57,632 nucleotides of DNA from Chara braunii (Eukaryota; Plantae; Charophyceae). The notes under the pieces are model-generated. The model was not told where the DNA came from. It saw only the letters and a list, made by a program, of their open reading frames with translations, and ran no database searches. This document shows positions 38,732-51,664 of this stretch, piece by piece (the first letter of the stretch is position 1; each line of letters opens with the position of its first letter). The stretch is from the NCBI GenBank assembly GCA_003427395.1, contig BFEA01000008.1, positions 6,804,243-6,861,874 on the forward strand, given 5' to 3'. Made by a program: the position numbers and the translations under genes.

Positions 38732-40215
38732 CTTCTTCGTCGTTGTCTTCTTTGCAAGTACGCGTCACCTCCTTCCGCAATGGGGCTATGGCGGACTTCT
38801 TCTTCACGGTGGCGATCTGTGGCGCCCTATGACGAGCGTTTCTCTCCTGCTGCAACGACGATGGCGCATGGGATAGCGGGTACCGGCTCCTATACTAGTA
38901 CAATCAGACTTGCTTTCATTCACACTTCACATGCATGCAAACAGGTTGCGCAGCAAACTGGCGCCAAGTGCCCACTCAGAACTCAGAGATATAGTACCAA
39001 GAACGCAACTCAGATACAAATTCACTTCAAACGACTATGGCGACACATCGCATGTACAACTCTCTGTTCGCCACTTACTTAACACTGATGTTCACACATA
39101 GGATCACCCTGGATATCCCACACGCATCACACTCTGTACCCCCCCACACACCCGCACACATCTACAACTATGGTGGCTATGGTCGCTGCTATCCTATCGC
39201 TATGACAAAGCTTCCTTCTCGCCCAGTTTGTCCTCTGGCTCACTGCAGACCACCTCACACAAGTCACTATGGCAATGCTTCCGCATGGCTTATGCAGGAA
39301 TGAATTGAATGGTTGGGCGCTGCCTCTTGATTTATACTTCTGTAACTCGCTGGTCTACCCTTTTCCATCGGCCCATGGTGCACACAGTCCCTTATGGTAC
39401 TTGTTGGACTGGACTTGGACTGACTGGACCGGTACCGCTGACTGCATGGGTTTGCAGCGCAGACTCACTATAGTCGTACCGCCAACAGACTGAGGTTGGC
39501 TTCACCACTTGACCACTTGCCTCTGCCTAAACGCGAGCCCACTCCGAAAGGCCACTTCTGGGACCTTCCGGAAGTCTGTAGACTTGGCCTTTCGGGTACT
39601 GTAGCAGCTACGACCTTGACCCTTCAGAACTGTAGCAGCTATGACCTTGACCTTTCAGAATACCTATAGCTACGACCTCTACAGAGTTGTGACTCCCACT
39701 TGAAAGATCTACAGATCGAAGCCCTACCACTACACAGACCTACGACAGGCAAACAACAACTAACAAAACATAGGTCACGGGTTCAAACACTCAGGGGTCA
39801 ACTCGATACTGTACACAGATAAGGTCAGAACTAGGGATCGAGCCTTGGGATCTGCATTCGCTACTGCTAATAGGTGAAAAACGTTTCAATTTGACCTAGA
39901 GGTACACTAGCCTATGTCATCAGTAGGTGTATGGTCACTATACCCTCCTCTACCTTTCAAAGCTTGAAACTTTGTTTCTAAGTTGGTACGCTGAGCCCGG
40001 TTCTCAGCACGTGCTGCTCTCCATGAATAGATTGGCGCTTGTGTTAAAAAAAAATAAAAAAATAAAAGTAAAAAGGTGTATTATTCTCTTCACATGCTAC
40101 CGTGTCCTTCTCAACAGATTGTTGCCGCAGTCTGCCTTCCCCCCCCACCTACCTTGGTTATTAACAAGACCCCTCTCCAGCTGCTGTGGTTGTACTGCAG
40201 TTGTTCTCGTCAATC

Positions 40216-41400
40216 CTTTTTTTTTTTTTTTTTTTTTATTAAACCATGGGCTCTGGTTGCTAGTGATGATGATAAGATCATCCACCACTAGCAACCCAGC
40301 CTCTGGCTCTATTCTATTGGTGGGGAGCTGCACCTGCTGGAAACCGGGTCCAGCGTCTCTCATATACAATATACTGAAACATGGTTCAAGGAGACATGTG
40401 TCAAAAAGGAAAACTGCCCCTTCGGCCAGAATCTGACCGCCAGATACCTATTTAAATGCTAGCAACACCCACTCCTGGCTAATCTCAAAAACCCATTCAT
40501 CCCATCCTACCTAATCTGGACACAAATATTTGTTGTCATAATGAAGAGAGTAAACTCTTGTTATCCCTCCCCCCCTCCAAACTAATGAATATCCACCAAA
40601 GCAAGCTCAGAAGGAGGAAAGGGATCTGGAAATGCTTCTGGGGACCTCAAAGTAACTCCTGTCTGCACATCAAACCAGTCCTGGAAGGTGATCTCATAAT
40701 CTCTTTTGAAATTCATCTCATCTTCTTCCCTTCCTGGCCATTCCACATTTCCCAGTTTCCCTCTTGAAGAGTCACCCAACCAATCCTTTGTGAAAGTTTG
40801 GATTCGTTTCTTAATGTCCTGTTTTTGCTGTAGTGTATGAAGCCGAGATTTAATCTTATCCCATTGGGATCTTATTTCTGTTTCAATGAATTGTTGAACA
40901 AACTCAGACATTTCTCTACCCTCAATCCTTACCCTTTCCATCCTGAAAACACATATTTTATACCATAATGCCCATAAAATGACATTTCTACCAATGTTAA
41001 ATAAATTTTGTTGGAAGGTTGATAGGGAAATAAGGGCAGGGTACCAATGCCCCAGGAGGATCGCCCTCCAGTCCCAAGGCCAATCTAAGCCTGTCAATTT
41101 GTTCCATACATGATCCCAGCGCTTCCACAACAATTTTGCCCCCGGACATTGCAAAAAAATGTGTTCGATTGTCTCTCTAATCTTCCTACTAGGAAAGGCT
41201 TCCACACATGTACAACACCATGGTAGAGCTACACCCCTCTGTTCCAGTGTGGTATGGTCAATCAACCAGTCATTTGTTGGTATAATCTGCCATTGAAGTG
41301 ATGCAAACTTAGCAGGTTTGTCCTTGAAAGCTTGACACCACTTAATTGGTCTGAGCAAGTCTGTATATATATTTAAATGTCGTGCCCATCGTTCATGGTA
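40216..41400 (-). mobile_element. 5'-truncated L1/Tx1-type LINE (ORF2 C-terminus, 3' UTR and poly(A))
   Basis: ORF 40582-41481 contains LQWQI..PTNDWL..PWCCTC..ETIEHIFLQC..LWKRW (zf-RVT) and is similar to the + strand LINE. 3' motif at 40305-40359; poly(T) at 40216-40237. Confidence 0.9.
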
Positions 41401-41516
41401 ATGCCCGAAGATAATCCCTACACTATGGTACTGCCCTTCAACCATCCCACATGCAGCCCCTGCCCCCCCAAAGCAAGGCACTAAGACAACCTATTACGTG
41501 ACCGTTCATTCCACTA

Positions 41517-41765
41517 CCGTCTTAACCCGAAAACAAGGTACGTACCTTGTAGAACGAATTTTAGGGTGCAACTTATCTGCAGCAAGGGGAAAACGAGAAA
41601 AAAAAATGTATAGTAAATATTAGCAATAATATAATGAATAGGATGGGGCTGCAACATGAAGTTCTTTTTTTTTTGTTTTTTTAAAATAACACATTGATTG
41701 CACTGCGTGGTCACGATGTGGCAACGCTATGTGTGTTTGAGTGTGTGTGTGTGTGTGTGTGTGTA

Positions 41766-41835
<70 letters not shown>

Positions 41836-42030
41836 NNNNNNNNNNNNNNNNNNNNNNNNNNNNNNNNNNNNNNNNNNNNNNNNNNNNNNNNNNNNNNNNN
41901 NNNNNNNNNNNNNNNNNNNNNNNNNNNNNNNNNNNNNNNNNNNNNNNNNNNNNNNNNNNNNNNNNNNNNNNNNNNNNNNNNNNNNNNNNNNNNNNNNNNN
42001 NNNNNNNNNNNNNNNNNNNNNNNNNNNNNN

Positions 42031-42078
<48 letters not shown>

Positions 42079-42234
42079 AGAGAGTTACGTGAACAAGGCA
42101 CACCTCAAATACAAGGTACGTACCTTGTATTCAAGGGTACCTTCTATTCAAAAATTTAACAGCGATTTTTTAGAACCCATTTTTCGGAGGTAACTTGAAT
42201 ACAAGGTACGTACCTTGTTTTCGGGTTAAGACGG
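41517..42234. mobile_element. Tc1/mariner (pogo-like) MITE
   Basis: Perfect 35-bp TIR CCGTCTTAACCCGAAAACAAGGTACGTACCTTGTA (41517-41551 and 42200-42234) with TA on both sides. The interior carries (GT)n(GA)n and a gap. Confidence 0.9.
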
Positions 42235-42483
42235 TAGGGCTACCCACCCATCAATCCCAATTCTCTCTGTCCAGCCTGAGATCAACGTCGCCTGACCCCA
42301 TCCCCTAAGGGCCAGACTACTTTACCATCTGCAATCGGTCCCCACCACTGGGACGCCTGACCCATCCCTTCTTGCACCCTAGCTATATCTGTACTACGTG
42401 GCATTGCACAATGTCATATGCCACACAGGGCCAAAAACTCTGCGAATTGGATCATGATAACCAGCTGCAATGGAAACAGTGGA

Positions 42484-42486
<3 letters not shown>

Positions 42487-42531
<45 letters not shown>

Positions 42532-43737
42532 CAACCCGGGCGATGCTAGGGGTGCTGATATGAGCAGCCACCCCTAGCACACTCAAGAAGGCTCCATCTA
42601 TTAGTGGGGAGCAGCACCTGCTGGAAACCGGGTCCAGCGTCCCATTTACAAAAGAAATTATGTCTTGAGAGTAAGAGCAATGATGAATGTGAGGCCTGCC
42701 AACATTGATTACCCTGTGTCTCAGGGGATTGAATGGCAGGAGTGCCTAGTGTGTCTGTTATCCTGTCCTATGCTACTTTAACATGTCAAAAAAATACCTT
42801 TTGCATCTCTTCACCCTTCAAAAGAAAGGCGCCAGATGTGCTGTTGAAAATTTGATGCTACCTCTGATACTACTTTCTTAGGACATGCTCATTCTCCTAA
42901 TTTGCAGGTCCCACCCCAAAGGGCTCTTGGGGGGGAACCACATGTAGTCTCTTAGGGCAAAGTTTCAATCATAGGTAGGGCGTGGGGCGGGAACGGGTCT
43001 GGAAAATCCGAGGGGGGGCGTAATGGGAACGAGGACTCTATGTTAGTCCAATCTCTAAAGATCAACCTGTAGTCTCTCATGTCTTCAAGATCCCTTGTCC
43101 CATCCTCTTTATCCCCACTCCATTCTACTTTTGGCATCCATCCTTCTCTTTCCCCTCCCACCCAGTCTGTGCAGAATGCCGTAATTCGCCTCCTGACGTC
43201 TCCGGTCTGTTTGAGGAGATCCAGTTGTGGCTTTGTGTCTGACCATCTCAGTGTAAGTTTCATGTGGATCTGTTGTTGAATCTGTTCCGTTATCTCCGAT
43301 CCCTCCACCCATACTTTCTCCATAGTAAGTATACACCTTTGCCACCAGAGCGCCCAAATCACCGCTCTCCTACCTAATTTGTACATGTTTTCTACAAATG
43401 CGGTAGCAGTTGCTGCTTGCGGTCAATGGCCGGCTAGTATAGCTTGCCATGACCAAGGCCAGGGGGTGTCATGTATTCTTTTCCGCTAAATGCGGTCCCA
43501 CCATCTCCATATGAACTGCGCAATCGGACATTGCATGAAAATGTGTTCGATGATTTTCGTTTTTTTGTAAAAGGGGAAAAGTCTCTGGCAGCGCTGACAC
43601 CATGGGAGCAGTAACCCTCTTTGCTCGAGATTCGTACGGTTCGTCAGCCTGTCATTGGTTGGCAGACAACGGTGATCTATCTGCCACTGAAGAAAAGCAA
43701 TTTTCATAGGTTTAGATTTTTGTTCTTTAAACCATTT
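42487..43737 (-). mobile_element. 3' part of an interrupted minus-strand L1/Tx1-type LINE
   Basis: KWFKEQ..FLQWQIDHRCLPTND..PWCQRC..IIEHIFMQC (zf-RVT) and a C-terminal FPDPFPP. 3' motif at 42591-42643; poly(T) at 42487-42527. Confidence 0.9.
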
Positions 43738-43977
43738 CATCGGCCCGTGCGTACTTTTTGTCACTATTTCTTCTTCCCTCTGAGCAGCTGGTGATAGATC
43801 AAAGGGGGACTAAAACCCTAATGAAATCATATCCTTCATCTCGCCTGCCTCAACGAGATGCCATTTACAACAAGCATGCGACTAACTGGATCTTCTACGA
43901 TGAGGCAGCGAATAGATCTGTGAATGATAAAATCAAATGGATGAAATCATATCCTTCTTTGCAGAAGACTTGAATCC

Positions 43978-46072
43978 TTGAGAGATGGACCCGAAGGAGT
44001 GAATTTTTTTTTTTTTATCCATCCTATCACTCCTTCTGTTTTAACGGTGTTGTCCCTCTTCGACAAAGATAAAGTCAGAATGGATGCTTGGAAAAAAATA
44101 TTATGGGATCGTTCTGAGGTTCGAATATATCATTGGACTCCAAAAAAAGTTGGTCAAGAGGAGAAGAGAGAGCAGATGATGAGAGACTATTATTGGGTGG
44201 AATTTAGACATATTCCAATTGAAATTCAGGCGGCCTTCATCTATGATTTTGGCCAACGGTATAAGATTGTTGATTTTATTGATCCCCTTCCATCTTATGT
44301 GGCCAAGAGAGATGATCATTTGATGCTGGCTTTGGATTTACCAAAAGAACAAGTGTTCATAGTCGATGACATTATCCCTTTCAAAATGGGGGGACGTGTT
44401 TACCAAATTCATACTGCTCATAAATTCTGTCCATTGTGTTTTAAATGTAGAGCATATGGTCACCTTCATTCAGAATTTGCTTGTTCCTTCCACCCTCAAT
44501 ACGCAATACCCCTTGACATGAGACTCAAAAAGGACCCCCATAGACCAGGCAAATGGCTTCCTGCTGTTGCAGGCTTTGAGGGCTGGGTTTATTGGGAGGA
44601 CTTGAATACGACCGACCATCCAATGGGATGGGTCTGGGAGGGTAGGAATGGGTCTCATAAACCCCCCCGTCCCCCATCTGATTGGATGCCTCCCCAGTCC
44701 CAGTCCCCACAAACACAGTCAGGCACCCCAATGAGAAAATGGCAGGGAGATAATCAGGGAGGTGTGGACGTGGCGGTCTCTACTAGTCCTGGGGGGGCTC
44801 AGACAGGAGGAAGGATGAACAAATAAAAGTATAAAGGTCCCACTTCTTCCCAGGCACTCAATCCAGATAGGTTCCCTGGACCTAAACCAACAGATTATTT
44901 GCCAAAAAATGGGTCAGGTGGGGGCCAGGAATGGAAGGTTGTCAAGAGGAGAGGGTCTGCCAAACAGGTGACCCCGAATCCAGGAGAGGTAAGTGTTGGT
45001 AATGCTCCCCCTACTGATCCTTCAATCAGTGGAAACCCCCCCGGGGGCATAGAAGTTGCCCCGATGAACATTGATCCTCTCAAGGATGCATTTGGCACAG
45101 AACCCATGAAAATTGAGGTAGTTGATCCCATTCTTTCCCCCCCATCGGTTGAAATAGTCATGACATCTACTAACGATGTAGTTCTTGTGCCCTCCATAGT
45201 CAATATGGTTATTTTATAAATTGCTGATTGGCTGCTTTTCAATCTCAAAAGCCAGCACCCAGATATACCTCTGGATATCTGGCCTTTTTTTTTGCAAGAA
45301 CTTATCCCAGTGCTGGAAAGTAGTAAGAGTTTACAATCCTTCCTAATGCACGGCCCCCCCAAGGGGGGTTTCATGGGTAGACATCAGTTCCAAGCTACTC
45401 CACATTGTCTCTAATCGTTTCAATGAGGGATTCTTGCTCAAAATTCTTCCTGCTCCCAGTACCCACCCAATGTTGAGTCAATCAGAAGTAAGGAATGAAG
45501 AAGGTCCCATTGAGCACCTGGGTAATGTTTCTGATGACTCAATTGACATTAAAAAAAATATCTCCTCAGGGAACTCAGGTCCCAAACCACCCTTTCAGAT
45601 AGTGCAACAGGAAGGTCAAAGTCAAGTTTTCAAGGAAGTCATATCAATGCTCACAGGGAAGAAAACATTTCTGCAAATCTCTCAAAAACTGCAGCCCTCG
45701 TCGCAAAAGAAGCATAGCCAAGGTCTCATTGGGTGGGATCCCGAATCGTCAGATGCACAGGAGAATAAGGTGCCTCCTGTACCACCTACTATTGAGCTGA
45801 CTCTCGAGGACATTATGTCCGAAAGTTCCCAGAATGTTGTGACCAAGGATCAGCCGTCCAAAGGAGTAATGTTAGATCATCCTAAGATAACCACTGACGC
45901 TCAGTCTGTTGTGGTCATTGATGATGATCAGGAGGCCACACTTAATTCTCAAATCTCGCTCTCCCTGCAACCTCCTTCTTTGGATTTGGAGTCGGAGCTA
46001 ACCAGTAAGAGACAAAGACTGAAACATCGCATAACCAAAGGACAAGGACAACTTTCCCCCACGAAAATGTGA
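43978..46072 (+). pseudogene. LINE ORF1 (gag-like, CCHC zinc knuckle), fragmented
   Basis: YWVEFRHIP.. and the CFKCRAYGHLHSEFAC zinc knuckle are followed by a disordered P/S-rich region split by stops. Confidence 0.75.
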
Positions 46073-46561
46073 ACAGCACTACTACCAGTGAGAAACCAAG
46101 GAGGAATATGAGAGGTAGGTTTATTTGAACCTCAGGCAGCAGCCTATGGAGAAGTAACATTACTAGGATCCGCTTCGCCCCCCCCCTCTCCTTCTTCCCA
46201 GGCGAAAGACGTCCTTAGTTACGCTAAGTCAAATTTCCCATCAGGAGGTAAGGCACTGCTATCGATATATGAGGGAGAAGGAAGATAAGCGGAATGAGAT
46301 GTGTTTCTAAAATATGATGCGACTAAGAATACGGGTCTCAAATGGTTCAGTCAGGATACCCTGAGTGAGCTCTGACTCCTTAAGATAAAAGCTAATGAAT
46401 TTTGGTCCGAAAATGATGTCGGCACTCTGCTAATTAGGATGCTTGCTCAGAAGACATTGATGACATGTGGGGTATTGGATACTGGGCAATGGCCGAAACT
46501 CTGATTTATCCTTTGTCCTGTTATCCAAAACATAACTCATTGCTTATTGTATTAGTATCAA

Positions 46562-49500
46562 ATGGATTCTAGAGTAATAGATGTCCTTTATAACAAAGAT
46601 AAAGATTGGAAAATTCTTAGAAGGAACGCGAACATCGACATCAGATCTTGGAATGTTAATGGACTAGCTTCGGCTAAGTCTCAAAAAAAGAATGCTATCT
46701 TTGACCAATTGAAAGGCATAGGGGGAAGAGAGTGGCCGAATGTTATTTGCATTCAGGAAACTCATCTCATGAATTCATATCAGCATAATTATTGTCATAA
46801 ACAAATTTGGCCTTATACAGCCATCAGAGTCCATGCCCCCCGTCCTGGCAGTAGTAGAGTAGCTATCTGGATCCCTCCAGGATCCAAGCTAGAACTGGTT
46901 AATTGGGATGTTGATAAACCAGAAGGTAGGTGGGCATATATCCTGACAATGCTGGAACTGGAAATTATCGGCATTCTTTGTATATATGCTCCCAATGATA
47001 TTGGGGATCGTCAACGATTTTTTGATTCTCTCCCCCCCATTCTCCCTATAGGGATTCCGGTCATCATAGCAGGAGATTTTAATGCTGCTCCGAATAGATC
47101 TCTTGATAGATGGAATATTCATAACCCTTGTCCAACTTACGTGGAGGCTGATGAGATTATGTTGACCAATTTAACCCACAACTTAAATCTCTTTGATTCA
47201 TTTAGGCGTTTGAATCCATTGAAGGATACTTACACATGCTTTCGAAGGAATCAAGCCAGATCACTCACCAAGTCTCGTATAGACCTTATCCTTATCTCAG
47301 AGGATTTGAAAGGTGCGCTCCAGATGACAGAAATCTTTCCACGAAGTCTCTTTCCGGGTCTGGATCATGCCATGTGTGTAGCCATCCTCTTCTTTGGGAA
47401 GAAACCAAATCAAGGAAGCGGTTTTTATAAACTTAATACAACTCATCTTAAGAATGACTCCTTTAGATCCTTTATTAAGGATGTATGGTCATTTTGGAGA
47501 AATCACAGGGTCATTTTAGGAAATGAGGTACTCTGGTTCAATAATGGGTTACTCTTTTTAAGTCGTAAATGCAATTAATACTCCAAAGCGTTGGCTATGG
47601 AACGTCATTTTTTTGAAGCTAATATATATCAGCGTATTCACCAATTGCAACAATCAGAAGATGAGGCAAGAGACCTAGAAATGCAAAATGAAATGGCTAA
47701 AGAAATTCAAGACCTTGAAGACCAATTACTTGAATATATGGAATATAGATGGCAAGGTATGAAGATTCGGGGTGAAATTCGTAAATTTCATACGGAAGGA
47801 GCCATGAATGCAAGATTTTTCGTCATGGCCAAAGTACGAACAGGTAGAACTTTAATAAAGGCTCTAGCACATCCTCGTTCTCTAAATGGACCGCTAGAAG
47901 TATCAACAGCAGGATGTACTAAAATTGTTAGGGATTTCTTCAAGGATTTGTTCTTTTTGGAAAACAGAGATATTCCCTTGGATAAATGCACAAAGGAAAT
48001 AAAAGAGTTTCTCATTCCTTTATCTAAGTCACTCTCTCACCATCAGAGAGAACAATTAGAGTTGCCCCTGACAAAAGATGAAATATGGACTGCCCTATTA
48101 TTAATGGAAGAAGACAAGACCCCTGGGATTGATGGTCTTCCAAAAGAACTCTGGGAAGTCTTGTGGGAATTCATCTCCCAAGATCTCATGGATTTCTATC
48201 AGGCAGTAGGAGAATCAGATGATATGGGGGAGATAGTAGGGCAAGGAGTGCTGATCCTACTCGATAAGAAAGGTGATAAATATAACAGTAGGATTTACAG
48301 ACCTATCACTCTGCTCACTGTGGTGTATAAGTTGATTTCAAAAGCTCTTACGATTCGTCTGAATAAATACATTGCGGATATTATTCACCCCTTGCAAACT
48401 GGATTTATTCAAGGAAGGAATATCCAAGATAATATTTTGCCTATAAATGAACTCATCAAGATATCTCGTCAGCCTAAGCATAATGCGACTATTATATTTA
48501 TTGACTTCGAGAAAGCATATGACCATGTGAATTGTTTTTTTTATAGATAAATGTCTGGAGAAGTTTAACTTTGGACCATATTTTAGGAGATGGATTAATA
48601 TTTTGTATAAGAATGCCACAACAAGAGTTATGGTCAATAAAAATTTAGCACCCCCCATTGCTCTTCAGAGATCAGTTAGGCAAGGTGACCCAATTGTTCC
48701 TCTTCTCTTTGTGATAATTATGGAAGCCTTGGCAACTAACATAAGACATCATAAAGACATCAGGCGCATCCAGGTCTCCTCCATTCCTGAGGAAGCAGTC
48801 CCAGTTTGTTCTCTCTTTGCTGATGACCTCTCTCTGATGGTTGATGTTTCACATGAAAATTTAGAATCTATCAAAAGACTAATGGATACATTCTGTAAAC
48901 TCTCTGATATGAAGGTCAATTGGGGGAATAAAACACTAGGTTGGTGGATTCATCATCAAGGAGTAAGACCCCCGGAACCTTCCTGCATTAAGTGGGTACA
49001 CCACAATGAACCAATCAGAGTGCTAGGAATATCTCTATCAGTTACAGGTACACCCATCTCTACCAACGAAGGGATCATACAACAGGCAAGGTTGAAACTT
49101 GAGTTATGGAAAGATAAACAAACATCCATGTTTGGTAGAACCTTAATAAATAATAATGTCATATTGGCCTCCATATGGTATAGATCGGTTTTTTGGGCTT
49201 TGGATAAAAATAATCTTAAACTCTTCAAGAGACAGTTAGCGGCCTTCTTGTGGCGTGGGGATCATGAAAGATCCAATGTCATTAGCAGAGTGACCCGGTC
49301 GTCAATTATCCAACCTAAAGCAAAAGGGGGTCTTGGGATAATTGATCCCCATACTCAATCTATGGTCCTTTCTCTTCAGTGGATCAAACGTCTTATATTC
49401 AATCCCAACACCCCTTGGTCCTTCCTAGCTTTTGAACAAATAAAAAGGTTAGCTCCTCCGGTCCTTGATCACATAGATTCCCTAATGTGGTTGAAAAACC

Positions 49501-51130
49501 TTGCACGGTCTTTACCTAGAGGATCTCAAGGGAACCTAAATTAGGAAGTAGGCTGGCAATTAGAAGAGATTTTAGGCGGGATCCATTTTGGATCATACTT
49601 ATAAAGAATTGGAAAAAGATGCTTATCCCAGATAAAGTTTTCCCGTCACGATGGGAAGAAGTTTGTCAGCAGCCTCTTTTCAACAATACTTTTATTAGAG
49701 ACAATCAAGGGTGTGTTCTACATTGTATGGAAGCCCCCTGGAAAAGTTGGACTAACAGGGGAATAATAAGGATTAGAGATCTATGAAATCAAGAGATTAG
49801 ACACTAGTGGTCGGCTTCGGATCAATATGAGCAACTTAGATATAGTCACCATCAGACTTCCACTCTAGATTCGATAATTGACCTAATTCCAGTGGAGTGG
49901 ATCAGAATCCTACGGAAAGGTGCCAAACTTATTGAAAATGATTGGGTAACATTTCATAATATTAAGGGCATAGTCGGTAATATAATTGAGATCCATAACC
50001 CAAATCAAATTCTTCTATCAATTTTTCAAATTCAAGATAATGGCATTCTCTATCGGGGTCAACAGGAGGAAATTAGTTGGAGCTCGAATGACCAACTCTT
50101 CAGGATTAGAGTGTTGAAGATTGATGAAAAATGGCTTGCCTTTAGACCGGACACTCCTATCTCTCATCTGCCTTTTGACCCCATTAGCTGGTGCTGGTCA
50201 CTCCTTGGGAAACGTAGTCAATCTCATCCTAGAAACCTACACCCTCTCACAGTCAAAGCATCATATAGGATGCTCTGTCCTAAGTTTAACTTAAAAGACC
50301 GTATTGAAGAAAGATGGCATAAGAATCTTAATGTTAGTAAAGACGAGCTGAGAATAATTAAATGGTTCCAAGCTTCTAAAACTAAACCAGTCAAAATTGA
50401 TTCTCTTCAATGGCAAATTGCTCATAGATATCTTCCCACGAATGATTGGATCATTGATAGGTCATCTCTTGAACAGAAGGGCATTGCCTTCCCATGGTGT
50501 AAGTTTTGTAAATCAGCCTTTCCATCCAAGCTCATCCCTGAAACTATAAGGCATATTTTCCTCCAATGCCCGGGGTCAATCTGGCTTTGGAGATGATGGG
50601 ATAGAATCTGGAATCAAATGAATACTTCCCAATCCTGGCCTTGGGAATGGAAAGCCCTCCTATTAGAATCATGGCATCCGGACCAAGGAGATGACTTCAC
50701 AATCAATATGTTCTTAATAGGTAGCAGAGTGATCATATGGGCAATTTGGACAAGGAGATGTACCTTTGAAATGGAGGGAGCGCGATTGGACGGGCCAGAA
50801 TTTACTGAAACTATCAAACAGCAGGTTCAAAATGACTTAACTATCAAATGGGAACAAGTTAAAGAAAAAATTCAGCTTCTATCTGATCCAAATGAGATTT
50901 GGGTTCACATTAATCAATTTAACAGAAGTTGGTTGGGAGGTGACCAGGGTGGGAGGCTGGGGAAAGTAATTTGGGAAGGGGGACACGCAAAAACCCAGGA
51001 ATCCCATTAAAAAAAATTTCGGCTTGTCTTTAATGATTGGACTATTGTTGACTCCTCTATCCCTCTAAAGTCCATGGCTGAATTTCCTGATTTCTTCCCT
51101 CCCCCAAGTACTTGTATTGTGCCCATTGCT
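46562..51130 (+). pseudogene. LINE ORF2: AP-endonuclease, reverse transcriptase and CCHC zinc finger, with stops and frameshifts
   Basis: APE motifs SWNVNGL, ICIQETH, CIYAPN, IAGDFNA, SRIDLIL, LDH. RT motifs KTPGIDG, YRPITLL, IDFEKAYD, VRQGDP, LFADD. Zinc finger WCKFC..ETIRHIFLQC. Broken at 47578, about 48540, about 49540-49800 and 50596. Confidence 0.95.
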
Positions 51131-51664
51131 TGGTTTGGATAGTTAGCTAGTAAAGTGCTTGGATTTCATGTTTATTTGGCGTCCATTAAGGGTAAAGAGG
51201 TGCAATGCTAGTTGACTTCCTTCTGTTGATCATGGATATCAGATGAATAGTGCATTGACCAGTGGATAATTGTTTAATAGTGTAGAATTGACTCATTTTC
51301 TGTTCTAAGCAGGTTCCCACTGGTTACCCCCGGGTAGACTGTGAGGACCCCGACCTCAATCATCATATTGATAATATCAGCCTTGACACTGGGCCCCTTT
51401 AAAAAAAATAAAAAAAATTGTGGAAGTGTATATTGATAATTGAACTATATTCTTAAAAAAATCAAGTCGATCATCTAGATGTGTGATATCTGGGGATCAC
51501 AAAGGATAACAGACTCTGTCCAGAGATGACCATCCGGGTCCACATTGTCATTTGCGCGTAATATTTCAACTGGATTAAACAGTTGTGTACTGTTTCCCAC
51601 AACCAAATGATATTCAACTCTTTCTTTGCCCCCCCCCCCCAAAAAAAAAAAAAAAAAAAAAAAA

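Larger units (their letters stand above)
43738..51664 (+). mobile_element. Near full-length disabled L1/Tx1-clade LINE with an extra 3' segment
   Basis: ORF1 remnant plus an APE-RT-zf ORF2. It has its own A-tail at 51401-51417 and a second poly(A) at 51641-51664. A 16-bp direct repeat GTTCTTTAAACCATTT lies at 43722-43737 and 51665-51680. Confidence 0.9.

Noticed and set aside
37982-39082. Long ORFs spanning N-gaps (also 1742-2392, 22297-22838, 41698-42193)
   Set aside because: Artefacts of N runs and (CT)n/(GA)n repeats.
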